A stretch of DNA of 64,000 nt from Acidimicrobiia bacterium. GTDB taxonomy: Bacteria > Actinomycetota > Acidimicrobiia > Spongiisociales > ZC4RG35. The position numbers and the translations under genes were made by a program. The stretch lies in the NCBI GenBank assembly GCA_048595045.1, contig JBMDXS010000075.1, positions 355 to 64,354 on the forward strand. The letters are read 5' to 3'. The notes under the pieces were generated by a model. It did no database searches. It saw only the letters and a list, made by a program, of their open reading frames with translations, and had not been told where the DNA came from. Numbering within the stretch: the stretch's first letter is position 1; every line of letters begins with the position of its first letter. Shown here piece after piece: positions 1-9,558 of the stretch.

Positions 1-122
1 TCGGGGTTGACGGTGGTGGTGAAACCGGCCGTCGTCGTGGGGCCACGGTCGCCGACGACCGCAGGATCGCCGCATGCGGCGACGGCCAAGGCCAACCCGA
101 GCATCGCGAACAGGCGCTTCAT
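1..122 (-). CDS. putative lipoprotein, 5' fragment (ORF leaves the window)
   Basis: Minus-strand ATG at 122 gives MKRLFAMLGLALAVAACGDPAVV..., a signal peptide plus lipobox (LAVAAC). No stop before position 1. Confidence 0.5.
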   Translation of the reverse strand, partial: MKRLFAMLGLALAVAACGDPAVVGDRGPTTTAGFTTTVNP

Positions 123-159
123 GCCGATTCGATGCCGGTAGCCGGCCAATGGTTCCCGT

Positions 160-1758
160 TCAGGCCAACGAGACGAGGTCGAGCAGCTCCTCGTCGAAGA
201 ATCGCATCTCTCCTTCGGGCATCAGCACCGCCCGGTCCGGCATGAGCTCGGCCACGAAGTCTGTGTCGTGGCTGACCAGGACCACGGTCCCCTCATAGAT
301 GGTGAGGGCATCGAGCAAGGCCTCTTTCGCCTGTGGATCGAGATTGTTGGTGGGCTCGTCGAGAAGGAGCACATTGGGCCGGGCCGCCACCAGCATGGCG
401 AGGGCGAGCTTGGTCTTCTCGCCACCGGACAGCGTCGACGCATCCTGATCGACCTTGTCGGCCAGCAGGAAGTGGCCGAGCAGTGACCGGAGAGTCTGAT
501 CGGGCAGCCCGCCACCTTCACGCATGTGATCGAGCACCGAGACCCCGCCCCTGATCTGCTCGTGCTCCTGGGCGTAATAGCCGACACTGGCGTTGTGACC
601 GAGTGAGACCTCACCGAGGTCGGCGGTCTCGACTCCGGCCAGGATGCGAAGCAGGGTGGTCTTCCCGGCCCCGTTCAGCCCGATGAGGAGCATCCGCTCC
701 CCCCGCTCTACCGCCAACTCGACATCCACGAACACCAGGTTGTCACCGAACGACTTGGCCAGCCCGAAGGCGGACAGGGGCACCCGCCCGGACTTCTCGG
801 GCTGCGGGAAGGCCACCTTCACCTTCTTACCGCTCTTCTGCACCTCCACCAACTCACGCTTCATCCTGTCGACACGGGTCTCCCAGGAGCGAGCGATCTT
901 GGCCATCTTCTCGGTGGTCCCCTTGAAACGGCGAATGTTCTCCTCGAGACGGGCGATGGCCTCGTCCTGATGCTTGCGCTCGCGCTCACGCTGATTTCGG
1001 CGTCTCTCCCGCTCCGCCAGGTAGTGCGTGTAGTTGCCCCGGTAGGGCTCGATCTCACCGTGCTCCAATGCGAGGACGGACGTGATCGCCTCGTCGAGCA
1101 GGGGCAGGTCGTGAGACACCACCAGCATCCCGCCCCGATACGTCGTGAGCCACTCGATCAGCCACGCCTTGGCATCGAGGTCGAGGTGGTTGGTCGGTTC
1201 GTCGAGCAGGAGCACGTCCGTCTCGGCGAAGAGGATCCGGGCCAGCTCGACCCGGCGTCGCTGGCCCCCGGACATGGTCGCGACCGGCTGGCCCAACTCG
1301 TCGTTCCCGATGCCCAGGGCTGCGGCCATCCGCTTCGCCTCGGCCTCTGCCACGAAACCTCCCTTGGCCTCGAACTCGTCGTGGAGGCGGGTGAACCGTG
1401 CGATGCCCCGGTCGCGCTCCTCGCCGTGGAGATCGTGCAGCCTTTGGCGCGCCTCCTCGATCCTGCGCTGCAGAGCCCCGATCTCCCTGGCCATCAAGAT
1501 TCGCTCCATGGCGGTGGCGTCGGGGTGCTCCAGCTCCGGGAGCGCAGCTTCCTGGGAGAAGTAGCCGACGCGACCGGACCGCAGCACCGTCCCCTCCGTC
1601 GGGAGGAGCGTGCCGGTCAGGGTCCGCATCAGTGTCGTCTTGCCTGCCCCGTTGCGGCCCACGAGGCCGATCCGATCCCCGGCCTGCACGCTCAGAGAGG
1701 CCCCTCGGAGCAGAGTCCGGGGGCCGACGTCGATGCGGAGGTCGCGTGCGATCAACAT
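160..1758 (-). CDS. ABC-F family ATPase (two fused ABC cassettes, no membrane domain)
   Basis: 532-aa ORF with Walker A GRNGAGKTT and GLNGAGKTT, two signature motifs (MSGGQRRR, LSGGEKTK) and a charged R/E-rich inter-domain linker. Confidence 0.9.
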   Translation of the reverse strand: MLIARDLRIDVGPRTLLRGASLSVQAGDRIGLVGRNGAGKTTLMRTLTGTLLPTEGTVLRSGRVGYFSQEAALPELEHPDATAMERILMAREIGALQRRIEEARQRLHDLHGEERDRGIARFTRLHDEFEAKGGFVAEAEAKRMAAALGIGNDELGQPVATMSGGQRRRVELARILFAETDVLLLDEPTNHLDLDAKAWLIEWLTTYRGGMLVVSHDLPLLDEAITSVLALEHGEIEPYRGNYTHYLAERERRRNQRERERKHQDEAIARLEENIRRFKGTTEKMAKIARSWETRVDRMKRELVEVQKSGKKVKVAFPQPEKSGRVPLSAFGLAKSFGDNLVFVDVELAVERGERMLLIGLNGAGKTTLLRILAGVETADLGEVSLGHNASVGYYAQEHEQIRGGVSVLDHMREGGGLPDQTLRSLLGHFLLADKVDQDASTLSGGEKTKLALAMLVAARPNVLLLDEPTNNLDPQAKEALLDALTIYEGTVVLVSHDTDFVAELMPDRAVLMPEGEMRFFDEELLDLVSLA

Positions 1759-1867
1759 GCGGAGGGCCGTGTGGGGGAGACGTTAGGACAGCGGGTTTGC
1801 TAGAGACGGCGAAATAACAGCGCCTCCGTAACCCCAGCCTAAGACTCCCCTAGTAACTTCGGGACCG

Positions 1868-3001
1868 ATGTTGGGGCGGTTCAAGGTGCTGTTCGACTCG
1901 CCTTTCCTCCGTCGGGTCAGCTGGCACATCAAGAGGGTGGGAGAGAAGGTCGACCGACGTTTCTTCATCTCGCTCTTCGTGGGCCTGGTCGTGATCCTCG
2001 GGCTGGCCTCGGTGGTGGTATGGCTCGTCGAGACCGACCGCACCCTGGATCTTCTCGGGCAGTCCTTCTATTGGGCGGGGTCGACGGTGCTGGGGCTCGG
2101 CGCGGGCGGGTTCGCCACCGGTCCGGTGGGCTGGGTGGTGGGCTGGCTGCTCGGTCTGTTCGGGGTGGCGATCGTGGCGACGATCACCGGGGCCCTGGTC
2201 GGGTTCGTCATAGATTTCCTGTTGAAGGAGGGACAAGGGATGGGAGCGTCGGGTTACACGGATCACATCGTGGTGTGCGGTTGGAACGCAACCGCCAGGG
2301 ACCTGATCGAGGAGCTGAACAGGGACGACTACCAGGCTCGTGTCGTGCTGCTCCACGACAGCGAGCGGAGCCCTGCCCCGGACTGGGTCTATTTCGTGCG
2401 AGGCAGCATCAGCCACGATGCAGACCTTCGTCGCGCCGGTATCGATTCCGCCTCCGCCGCCATAGTCTGCCCCGTCGACGGGTCCGATCAGGCCGATATG
2501 GCCTCGATACTTTCCGTACTGGCGATCGAGTCGATCAACCCTGACGTGCGGACGGTGGTCGAGGTCAACAACCCCGACCACGTGGCCCATTTCCAGCGGG
2601 CCAACGTGAACGAGATCATGGTCACCTCCAAGCTGGCTGCTCACCTGCTCGCCCGCTCCGCCTTGTACCCGGGTCTCTCCCAGCTGGTTTCCGACATCGT
2701 GACCGGTGGGGAGGGATCGGAGCTCTACCGGGTGGCCCTTCCCGAGAACACTGCCGGGATGTCGATCGACGAGCTTGCAATGAAGATGCGGACCGAGCAC
2801 CTGGCCACGTTGCTAGCGGTGGTCCGCGACGGCACCACCCACACCAACCCGGACCTGGACTTCCGGGTCCAGTCCGGCGACGACCTGGTCATCGTGGCCG
2901 AGGGTCTGGGCGATCTCGACCCGGTGAGCGAGCCTTCTCCGCTCCCCGACGGTCGCTTGCCCGAGATCGGCGGCGCCATCTACGGCACCGCAGCCACGTA
3001 G
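1868..3001 (+). CDS. 2-TM ion channel with C-terminal RCK/TrkA-N domain (MthK-like), atypical pore loop
   Basis: 377-aa ORF. Two N-terminal hydrophobic helices flank the pore-like loop FYWAGSTVLGLGAGGF. Rossmann-like IVVCGWNATARDLIEEL and a TrkA-C-like tail follow. Confidence 0.75.
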   Translation: MLGRFKVLFDSPFLRRVSWHIKRVGEKVDRRFFISLFVGLVVILGLASVVVWLVETDRTLDLLGQSFYWAGSTVLGLGAGGFATGPVGWVVGWLLGLFGVAIVATITGALVGFVIDFLLKEGQGMGASGYTDHIVVCGWNATARDLIEELNRDDYQARVVLLHDSERSPAPDWVYFVRGSISHDADLRRAGIDSASAAIVCPVDGSDQADMASILSVLAIESINPDVRTVVEVNNPDHVAHFQRANVNEIMVTSKLAAHLLARSALYPGLSQLVSDIVTGGEGSELYRVALPENTAGMSIDELAMKMRTEHLATLLAVVRDGTTHTNPDLDFRVQSGDDLVIVAEGLGDLDPVSEPSPLPDGRLPEIGGAIYGTAAT

Positions 3002-3129
3002 GGGGCGCCGGCAAGGTTCTACGGGCGGCAACCACCGCGTAACCGTCTGGTAACCCGCGTCGATTAGAAATGTCCTCGCCAGGGCCCTCCCGGTGCCCCG
3101 GCGACAACAGATCCCTCCTCCCAGGATCG

Positions 3130-3155
3130 TCGGGGCGGCCACCACGCCGCCCCGA
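3130..3155 (+). terminator. GC-rich hairpin (10-bp perfect stem, 6-nt loop) between channel gene and pobA
   Basis: TCGGGGCGGC-CACCAC-GCCGCCCCGA read directly. No clear U-tract, so the role (terminator or leader structure) is uncertain. Confidence 0.3.
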
Positions 3156-3196
3156 TCTCGTGAACCGTCGCTCGTCGCCAATAATCTCGGGTCCGC

Positions 3197-4384
3197 ATGA
3201 GCGAGACCCCAAAGCAAACCCCTGTCCTCATCATCGGCGGTGGGCCGGCCGGCTCGTTGCTCGCCCTGCTACTGCATCAGCGAGAGGTCGAGAGCGTGAT
3301 CCTCGAGCTGAGAACCAGGGAGCATGTATTGGAACGGGTTCGAGCCGGGGTCATCGAGCACGGCAGCGCCGAGGTGCTCCGGGCCGCCGGCTTGGCCGGG
3401 CGCATGGACTCCGAGGGATTCGTCCACGAAGGAGTGCAGGTGGCTCACGGCGACGAGATGATCCGGATCGACTTCGAAGGTCTCACCGGCAAGCACGTCA
3501 CCATCTATGGGCAGACCGAGCTGCAGAGAGACCTATATGACGCACTCGACCTCGCCGGCATCCCGCTCCTGGATGAGGCGGACGGGGTGCGAGTCGAGGG
3601 GATCGAGGGTGATTCCCCGATGGTGACCTTCGAGCGCGGTGGCGCCACCCAGCAGATCCGATGTGACTTCGTAGCTGGTTGTGACGGCGCCCATGGCGTC
3701 AGCAACGGCTTCATCCCTCCCAGCCTGCAACACACCTTCGAGAGGACGTATCCGTTCTGTTGGGTAGGCCTCCTCTCGGAGACACCCCCGATCAACGATG
3801 AGCTGATCTATGCCAAGCACGAGCGTGGCTTCGCGCTGTGTTCGATGCGAAACGAGAGTCGCAGCCGGTACTACGTGCAAGGATCGGCCGATACGACCCT
3901 CGCAGAGTGGCCCGACGACCGCTTCTGGTCTGAGCTGGCTGCCCGGCTCCCGAAGACGTCGGTCGCCTCGCTGGTAACGGGGCCTTCGATCGAGAAGATC
4001 GTCACCCCGCTGCGAAGCTGGGTCTCCGAACCACTGCGTCATGGCAGGCTGTTACTCGCCGGGGACACCGCCCACGTCGTTCCCCCCACGGGGGCCAAGG
4101 GGCTGAATCTCGCCATCTCGGACGTCGTCTACCTCAGCGACGCATTGGCCTGGTTCTATCGGGCAGGCTCGACCACCGGTCTCGACGGTTATTCGGACCG
4201 GGCGCTGGCCCGAGTCTGGAAAGCGGTGCGATTCTCCTGGTGGATGACCAACATGCTCCACCTCTTCCCGGGGATGAGTGACGACTTCGAGCGTCGGCTC
4301 CAGACGACCGAGCTCGACTATCTGTTCGGATCCGACAACGCGCAGAGAGCGATGGCCGAGAACTATGTCGGTCTCCCCCTCTGA
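3197..4384 (+). CDS. pobA: 4-hydroxybenzoate 3-monooxygenase
   Basis: 395 aa, near full-length resemblance to Pseudomonas PobA as remembered: IIGGGPAG, YGQTELQRDL, AGCDGAHG, RSRYYVQ, LAGDTAHVVPPTGAKGLNLA, ENYVGLP. Confidence 0.95.
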   Translation: MSETPKQTPVLIIGGGPAGSLLALLLHQREVESVILELRTREHVLERVRAGVIEHGSAEVLRAAGLAGRMDSEGFVHEGVQVAHGDEMIRIDFEGLTGKHVTIYGQTELQRDLYDALDLAGIPLLDEADGVRVEGIEGDSPMVTFERGGATQQIRCDFVAGCDGAHGVSNGFIPPSLQHTFERTYPFCWVGLLSETPPINDELIYAKHERGFALCSMRNESRSRYYVQGSADTTLAEWPDDRFWSELAARLPKTSVASLVTGPSIEKIVTPLRSWVSEPLRHGRLLLAGDTAHVVPPTGAKGLNLAISDVVYLSDALAWFYRAGSTTGLDGYSDRALARVWKAVRFSWWMTNMLHLFPGMSDDFERRLQTTELDYLFGSDNAQRAMAENYVGLPL

Positions 4385-4408
4385 CCAGGCAAATGATGAG
4401 GACGGCAC

Positions 4409-4777
4409 ATGGGCACATATGAAGACGGTATGAACATCCGCCGCCAGGTCCTCGGCGATGAGCACGTCGACCGCGTCACCGCGGCTATGACCGATCTGGA
4501 CGGGGATTTTCAACGATGGATCACCGAGACGGCTTGGGGCGGGGTCTGGGCCCGACCCGGTCTGGACTTGAGGATCAGGAGCCTGATCAGCATCGCCATA
4601 CTCGGCGCCATGAACCATGGCGAGCTCGAGCTTCATCTGCGGGCGGCCCGGAATACCGGGGTCACACCAGAAGATGTGACAGAGGCCTTGCTCCACGTCG
4701 CGGTCTACGCCGGGATCCCGGCCGCCAACCGAGCATTCCGGGTCGCCAAGGAGATCTACGACGAGGAGTCGCCATGA
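4409..4777 (+). CDS. pcaC: 4-carboxymuconolactone decarboxylase
   Basis: 122-aa carboxymuconolactone-decarboxylase-family ORF (WGGVWARPGLD, HVAVYAGIPAA). ATGA overlap with pcaH. Confidence 0.88.
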   Translation: MGTYEDGMNIRRQVLGDEHVDRVTAAMTDLDGDFQRWITETAWGGVWARPGLDLRIRSLISIAILGAMNHGELELHLRAARNTGVTPEDVTEALLHVAVYAGIPAANRAFRVAKEIYDEESP

Positions 4778-5499
4778 GCGAGCCGCTGATAAGGCACTAC
4801 GGCCCCCGGGCCTATGCAGATCATCCCCCTTTCTCCTATCCCGACTATCGCTCGACGGTGAAGCGGAGCCCTACCCATGACCTGATCCAGATCGTGCAGA
4901 CCCTCTCCGAGACGACCGGCCCCGGACCCGCCTGGGCCGAGATCTCCGAAGAGGACAGCGACCTCACCACCAACACCGGCACCGGGAGCCCTGCCATCGG
5001 CGAGCGGATCATCGTCACCGGACGGGTCCTGGATGAGAACGGGCACGCCCTCCCCGAGACCGTCCTCGAGATCTGGCAGGCCAATGCCAGCGGTCGCTAC
5101 GCCCATTGGAGGGAGACAGAGTTCCCCGCACCCCTGGACCCCAACTTCGTCGGGGTCGGCCAGTGCCTGACCGATGCCGAGGGCGGCTACCGGTTCACCA
5201 CCATCAAGCCCGGCCCGTATCCCTGGGGAAACCATCCCAATGCCTGGCGCCCGTCCCATATCCACTTCTCGATCCTGGGGCCGTCGTTGGGGACGCGCCT
5301 CGTCACCCAGATGTACTTCCCGGGTGACCCCCTCATCCCACTGGATCCGATCTTCAACTCGGCGCCACCACACGCGAGGGATCGCATGATCGCCGGCTAC
5401 GACCACACCGTGACCGAGGAGAACTGGGCCCTCGGATACCGATGGGACATCGTGCTCCGCGGCGAGCAGAGAACCCCGATGCATGGAGGCGCCGATTGA
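4774..5499 (+). CDS. pcaH: protocatechuate 3,4-dioxygenase beta subunit
   Basis: Start taken at ATG 4774 (MSEPLIRHYGPRAY...), overlapping the pcaC stop. Intradiol dioxygenase motifs IWQANASGRYAHW and WRPSHIHFSI. Confidence 0.92.
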   Translation: MSEPLIRHYGPRAYADHPPFSYPDYRSTVKRSPTHDLIQIVQTLSETTGPGPAWAEISEEDSDLTTNTGTGSPAIGERIIVTGRVLDENGHALPETVLEIWQANASGRYAHWRETEFPAPLDPNFVGVGQCLTDAEGGYRFTTIKPGPYPWGNHPNAWRPSHIHFSILGPSLGTRLVTQMYFPGDPLIPLDPIFNSAPPHARDRMIAGYDHTVTEENWALGYRWDIVLRGEQRTPMHGGAD

Positions 5500-6080
5500 A
5501 GGCGCCGCTCGGGCAAACCCCGTCCCAGACCGTTGGTCCGTACTTCACCCTCCGGGTGTATCGCAAGGGCGACGAGACCCTGGTGCCCGAGGGCTTCCCC
5601 GGGGGGCGGATCGTCATCGAAGGCAAGGTGCTCGACGGCGATCGGAAACACATCGAAGACGCATTGCTCGAGATCTGGCAGGCCAACCCTGCGGGCCGGT
5701 ATCGACATCCCGACGACACCCGGGACATAGCACTCGACGATGGATTCACCGGCTTCGGCCGAACGGTCTCCGACTTCGCGACGGGCGAGTATCGCTTCGT
5801 GACAGCCAAGCCAGGACCGGTTCCCGATGCCGAAGGCGCCTTCCAGGCGCCCCACATCTCCTTGATGGTGCAGGGACGGGGCATGCTCAACCCGGTGTTC
5901 ACCCGGATCTACTTCTCCGACGAGGAGGAGGCCAACCGGGACGACCTCACCCTGCGCCGGGTGCCGGCCCATCGTCGTGACAGCCTCATCGCCCGACTCG
6001 TCGACGACCAGGATCCCAAGATCTATCGATTCGACATCCTGTTCCAGGGTGAGGACGAGACCGTCTTCTTCGACTTCTGA
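5496..6080 (+). CDS. pcaG: protocatechuate 3,4-dioxygenase alpha subunit
   Basis: QTVGPYF, IWQANPAGRYRHP, APHISLMV. Likely TTG start at 5496 overlapping the pcaH stop (TTGA). The longest ORF begins at 5442. Confidence 0.88.
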   Translation: MKAPLGQTPSQTVGPYFTLRVYRKGDETLVPEGFPGGRIVIEGKVLDGDRKHIEDALLEIWQANPAGRYRHPDDTRDIALDDGFTGFGRTVSDFATGEYRFVTAKPGPVPDAEGAFQAPHISLMVQGRGMLNPVFTRIYFSDEEEANRDDLTLRRVPAHRRDSLIARLVDDQDPKIYRFDILFQGEDETVFFDF

Positions 6081-7189
6081 TGCTCGATCCAGGATTCACC
6101 ACCCCTGAGATGGCCGACGTGTTCACCCCGGCAGCCCGGGTAGGGGCCATGCTGGAGTTCGAGGCCGCTCTCGCCCTGGCCCTGGCCGACACCGGATTCG
6201 TGGACATGGAGACCGCCCGAGCCGTGGTCGTGGCATGTTCGGCGCCGGTAGCCGATCCTGACGCGGTGCTGGCGGCCACCTGGTCCGACGGGACGCCGTT
6301 GCGGCCGCTGCTGGAGGGGATCCGCTCCCGGCTTCCCGACGACCTCAGGGAGTGGGCTCACTACGGGGCCACGACCCAGGACACGATCGACACCGCCACC
6401 ATGCTCCAGGCCCGCAGAGGCCTGGAGGTCCTCGACACGGGGCTGATCGGGGTGGCCGGGCAGATGGCCGAGAAAACGATCCGGCATCGCGATCAGCCGC
6501 AAATGGGAAGGACCTTTCTCCAGCATGCCCGGCCCACCACATTCGGGTTCACCGTGGCCGGATGGCTCGATGCGACGTTGGCCCATATATCCGAGCTGAG
6601 GGAGACCAGAAGGGGCTTGGCGGTGCAGTGCGGCGGCCCGGTCGGGAATCTGTCGGCATTCGGGGACAGAGGCAGCGAGGTGGTTACCGCCCTGGCGACG
6701 CACCTCGGGTTGGTGGCACCCTCACTCCCCTGGCACTCGGACCGGTCCCGGGTATCGGCCCTGGCTGCCGGCTTGGAGCGGGCTACCCGCACCATGGCGC
6801 GAATCGGCATCGACGTCGCCCTCCTCGCATCGAGTGACGTCGGCGAGGTCATCGTCCGTGGCGGCGAATCGTCGAGCATGGCGGGCAAGCAGAACCCGAT
6901 GGACTCGGTGAGAGCTGCCGCCGCCGCCGAGCTGTGCACCGCTGCGGCGGGGGCCATCACGGGTGCACGTCTCAGCGAGCTCGAGCGCGGCATCGGCGGC
7001 TGGCACGTCGAGTGGGCCGCGCTGCCTCTGGTCTTCCAGACGACAGCAGCCGCAGTCGAAGCCATTGCTTCGTGTCTGGCGGGCCTCGAAGTCAAACCCG
7101 ACGTGATGGGCGCCGATGTCGCGCCACCCGACATCGATCCTCGACTCGTCGACGGCGTCATCGACGCCTACCAGGACCTCATCGGATGA
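6080..7189 (+). CDS. pcaB: 3-carboxy-cis,cis-muconate cycloisomerase
   Basis: 369-aa fumarase/aspartase-superfamily ORF (GSSSMAGKQNP-type signature GESSSMAGKQNPMDS). The ATG shares one base with the pcaG stop. Confidence 0.9.
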   Translation: MLDPGFTTPEMADVFTPAARVGAMLEFEAALALALADTGFVDMETARAVVVACSAPVADPDAVLAATWSDGTPLRPLLEGIRSRLPDDLREWAHYGATTQDTIDTATMLQARRGLEVLDTGLIGVAGQMAEKTIRHRDQPQMGRTFLQHARPTTFGFTVAGWLDATLAHISELRETRRGLAVQCGGPVGNLSAFGDRGSEVVTALATHLGLVAPSLPWHSDRSRVSALAAGLERATRTMARIGIDVALLASSDVGEVIVRGGESSSMAGKQNPMDSVRAAAAAELCTAAAGAITGARLSELERGIGGWHVEWAALPLVFQTTAAAVEAIASCLAGLEVKPDVMGADVAPPDIDPRLVDGVIDAYQDLIG

Positions 7190-7983
7190 CAGGTGGCGCC
7201 GGTGCCCTGACCTGGACCGAGGCGGGAGACGCCGCAGCACCGCCACTTCTGATGATCCACGCACTCGGCGCCGACAGACGAATGTGGGAACCTCAGATTC
7301 CCCGGCTGAGCCGGGTCAGACGGGTACTCCTTGTCGACCTCCCCGGGCACGGCACCTCGATCGCATCGGCCGGCCCTCTCACGGTGAGCCGGCTGGGCGA
7401 GGAGCTGCTCGATGTGTTGGATGAGGCAGGGGCAGATTCCTTCGAGCTGTGCGGCATGTCACTGGGCGGACTGATCGCGCTGTGGATAGCCGCTCGGGTG
7501 CCCGACCGAGTCACCGGTCTGGTGGCTTCCAACACCGCGGCCCGGATTGGGAATGAGGAGCTGTGGCAGGCGCGCATCGCTGCCGTGGCAGCGGGCGGTA
7601 TCGAGGCGATCTCCGAGCAGGCCCTGGGTCGCTTCTTCACCCCCGCCTTCGCCTCCCACCATCCCGAGGTGTATCGGAGCACTGCGGAGACCCTGCTCGG
7701 CACCGATCCTGCCGCCTACATCGCATGCTGCGCCGCCTTGCGCGACGCCGACCTTCGCGGGCTGGTCGAAGCCATCCGCTGCCCCACCCTGGTCATAGGG
7801 GGAGGCGGGGACGTCTCGACACCGCCCGAGCAGGCGGAATGGCTGAGCGAGCACATCGCCGGGAGCAGGCTGGTGGTCCTCGAGGAGGCTCCCCACTTCG
7901 CCAACCTGGAGCGGCCCGAGGAGTGGACGTCGGTGGTGGCGGAGTTCCTGGCCGAGCGGTCTAGCCCATCCGAAGGGCGCTGA
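7186..7983 (+). CDS. pcaD: 3-oxoadipate enol-lactonase (alpha/beta hydrolase)
   Basis: ATG 7186 overlaps the pcaB stop (ATGA). HALGADRRMW, nucleophile elbow GMSLGG, and position in the pca operon. Confidence 0.85.
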   Translation: MTGGAGALTWTEAGDAAAPPLLMIHALGADRRMWEPQIPRLSRVRRVLLVDLPGHGTSIASAGPLTVSRLGEELLDVLDEAGADSFELCGMSLGGLIALWIAARVPDRVTGLVASNTAARIGNEELWQARIAAVAAGGIEAISEQALGRFFTPAFASHHPEVYRSTAETLLGTDPAAYIACCAALRDADLRGLVEAIRCPTLVIGGGGDVSTPPEQAEWLSEHIAGSRLVVLEEAPHFANLERPEEWTSVVAEFLAERSSPSEGR

Positions 7984-8740
7984 CCCGGCCGGTCACCTCG
8001 GAGGCGGTGGCCAGGAGATGAGGCAGGAACTCCTCACGCATCCGCGCCACGGTGGCGCGGGTCGCGTGACAGGAGACGTTCATCGCAGCCATGACGTGGC
8101 CGCCGGCATTCAGGATCGGTGCAGCCAGCGACCGTACTCCCACCTCCAGCTCCTGATCGACCAGGGCGTGACCCTGGGCCCGGACCTTCATGAGGATGGC
8201 GCGGAATCGCACCGGGTCGGTCACCGTGTGCTCGGTGAGCTTCGCCAGATCGGTTCGGGCGATGTAATCGTCGATCTCGGCATCGGTGAGCCCGGCCAGG
8301 AGGACCCGACCCATCGAGGTCGGATAGGCGGGAAGACGCGACCCGAGGGCGAGTGAGATGGTCATTATCCGCTTGGTGGGGACGCGGGCAACGTAGACGA
8401 CGTCGGGCCCGTCCAGGATGGACATCGACGACGACTCCTTCACCTGCTCGACCAGCCGCTCCATGGGGGCCTGGGCGAATTCGAGGACGTGGAACGAGGA
8501 GAGGTATGAGTAGCCCAGGTCGAGGACCTTTGGCGTCAGGGAGAAGGTGCGGCCGTGCTGTTCGACATACCCGAGCTCGACCAAGGTGAGCAGGACCCGG
8601 CGTGCCGTCGCCCTGGTCAGCCCGGTCATCTGAGCCACCTCGCTGAGGGTCGGCGCCGGGTGCTCCCTCGAGAAGGCGTTGATCACGGCCAGCCCACGCT
8701 CCAGAGACTGGATGAAATCACCCGACCGCAGGTCAGTCAC
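7961..8740 (-). CDS. IclR-family transcriptional regulator (PcaR/PcaU-like)
   Basis: 259 aa with an N-terminal wHTH (LSEVAQMTGLTRATARRVLLTL) and a C-terminal IclR effector domain. Lies between the pcaD and pcaJ genes. Confidence 0.85.
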   Translation of the reverse strand: MTDLRSGDFIQSLERGLAVINAFSREHPAPTLSEVAQMTGLTRATARRVLLTLVELGYVEQHGRTFSLTPKVLDLGYSYLSSFHVLEFAQAPMERLVEQVKESSSMSILDGPDVVYVARVPTKRIMTISLALGSRLPAYPTSMGRVLLAGLTDAEIDDYIARTDLAKLTEHTVTDPVRFRAILMKVRAQGHALVDQELEVGVRSLAAPILNAGGHVMAAMNVSCHATRATVARMREEFLPHLLATASEVTGRVSALRMG

Positions 8741-8778
8741 ACCTCGATGCTACCCCTCCGTTCGCATAGCGAACAGGG

Positions 8779-9558
8779 CTACCCGCCGTGGGCCACCCTC
8801 GTGCGTGCCTTGAGATCCCGGAGGATCTCAAGTTCCCCATCGGTGGGCGGATCGGTGACTGCCAGGTCCGGGGCGATCGCGAGCTCCCATCCCGTCTGGA
8901 GACGCACGTCTTCGAGGCTCACGCCGGGATGCGTGGCGACCAGGGTCAGCTCGTTGCTCGATTGGTCGGGCCGGAGAACGCCCAGATCGGTGATGACCAC
9001 CGTTGGCCCCCGCCCCGCTCGCTCCGGCCGGCCCTCACCCCCGCGCCCGAAGCCAACCGAAGTGACGAAGTCGACAGATGGGACGAAGGCTCGCTCGCTG
9101 TGCCGGAGCATGATGATGACCTCGCCGGCCGAAGTCGCGATCTCGGGAGCGCCCCCGGCCCCGGGCAGCCTCACCTTGGGCTCCTCGTATCCGCCGACGA
9201 CGGTGCTGTTCAGGTTCCCGTACCGATCGATCTGTGCTGCGGAGAGGAAACCCACGTCGATTCGCCCCGCCTGGAGCCAATAGGCGAAGACCTCGGGCAC
9301 ACTGACGACGAACTCGGCCTTCTCCGCCAGTTCGCCATCACCGATGGAGAGGGGGAGGATGTCCGGCTTGGTCCCGATCGTCCCCGACTCGTATATGAGC
9401 ACGACATTCGGTGCATGGGAGAGACGGGCCAGGTTCGCCGCCTCGCTGGGGAGACCGATCCCGACGAAGCACACCTGGCCGTCGCTGAGGAATCGCGCCG
9501 CGGTCACCGTCATCATCTCGTCCGAGTCGTAGGACGGGGTGGGCTGGAGCTCAGACAT
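8779..9558 (-). CDS. pcaJ: CoA-transferase subunit B, likely 3-oxoadipate:succinyl-CoA transferase
   Basis: Start at ATG 9558 (MSELQPTPSYDSDEMM...) overlaps the subunit-A stop. Family-I CoA-transferase beta-subunit features in a pca context. Confidence 0.8.
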   Translation of the reverse strand: MSELQPTPSYDSDEMMTVTAARFLSDGQVCFVGIGLPSEAANLARLSHAPNVVLIYESGTIGTKPDILPLSIGDGELAEKAEFVVSVPEVFAYWLQAGRIDVGFLSAAQIDRYGNLNSTVVGGYEEPKVRLPGAGGAPEIATSAGEVIIMLRHSERAFVPSVDFVTSVGFGRGGEGRPERAGRGPTVVITDLGVLRPDQSSNELTLVATHPGVSLEDVRLQTGWELAIAPDLAVTDPPTDGELEILRDLKARTRVAHGG

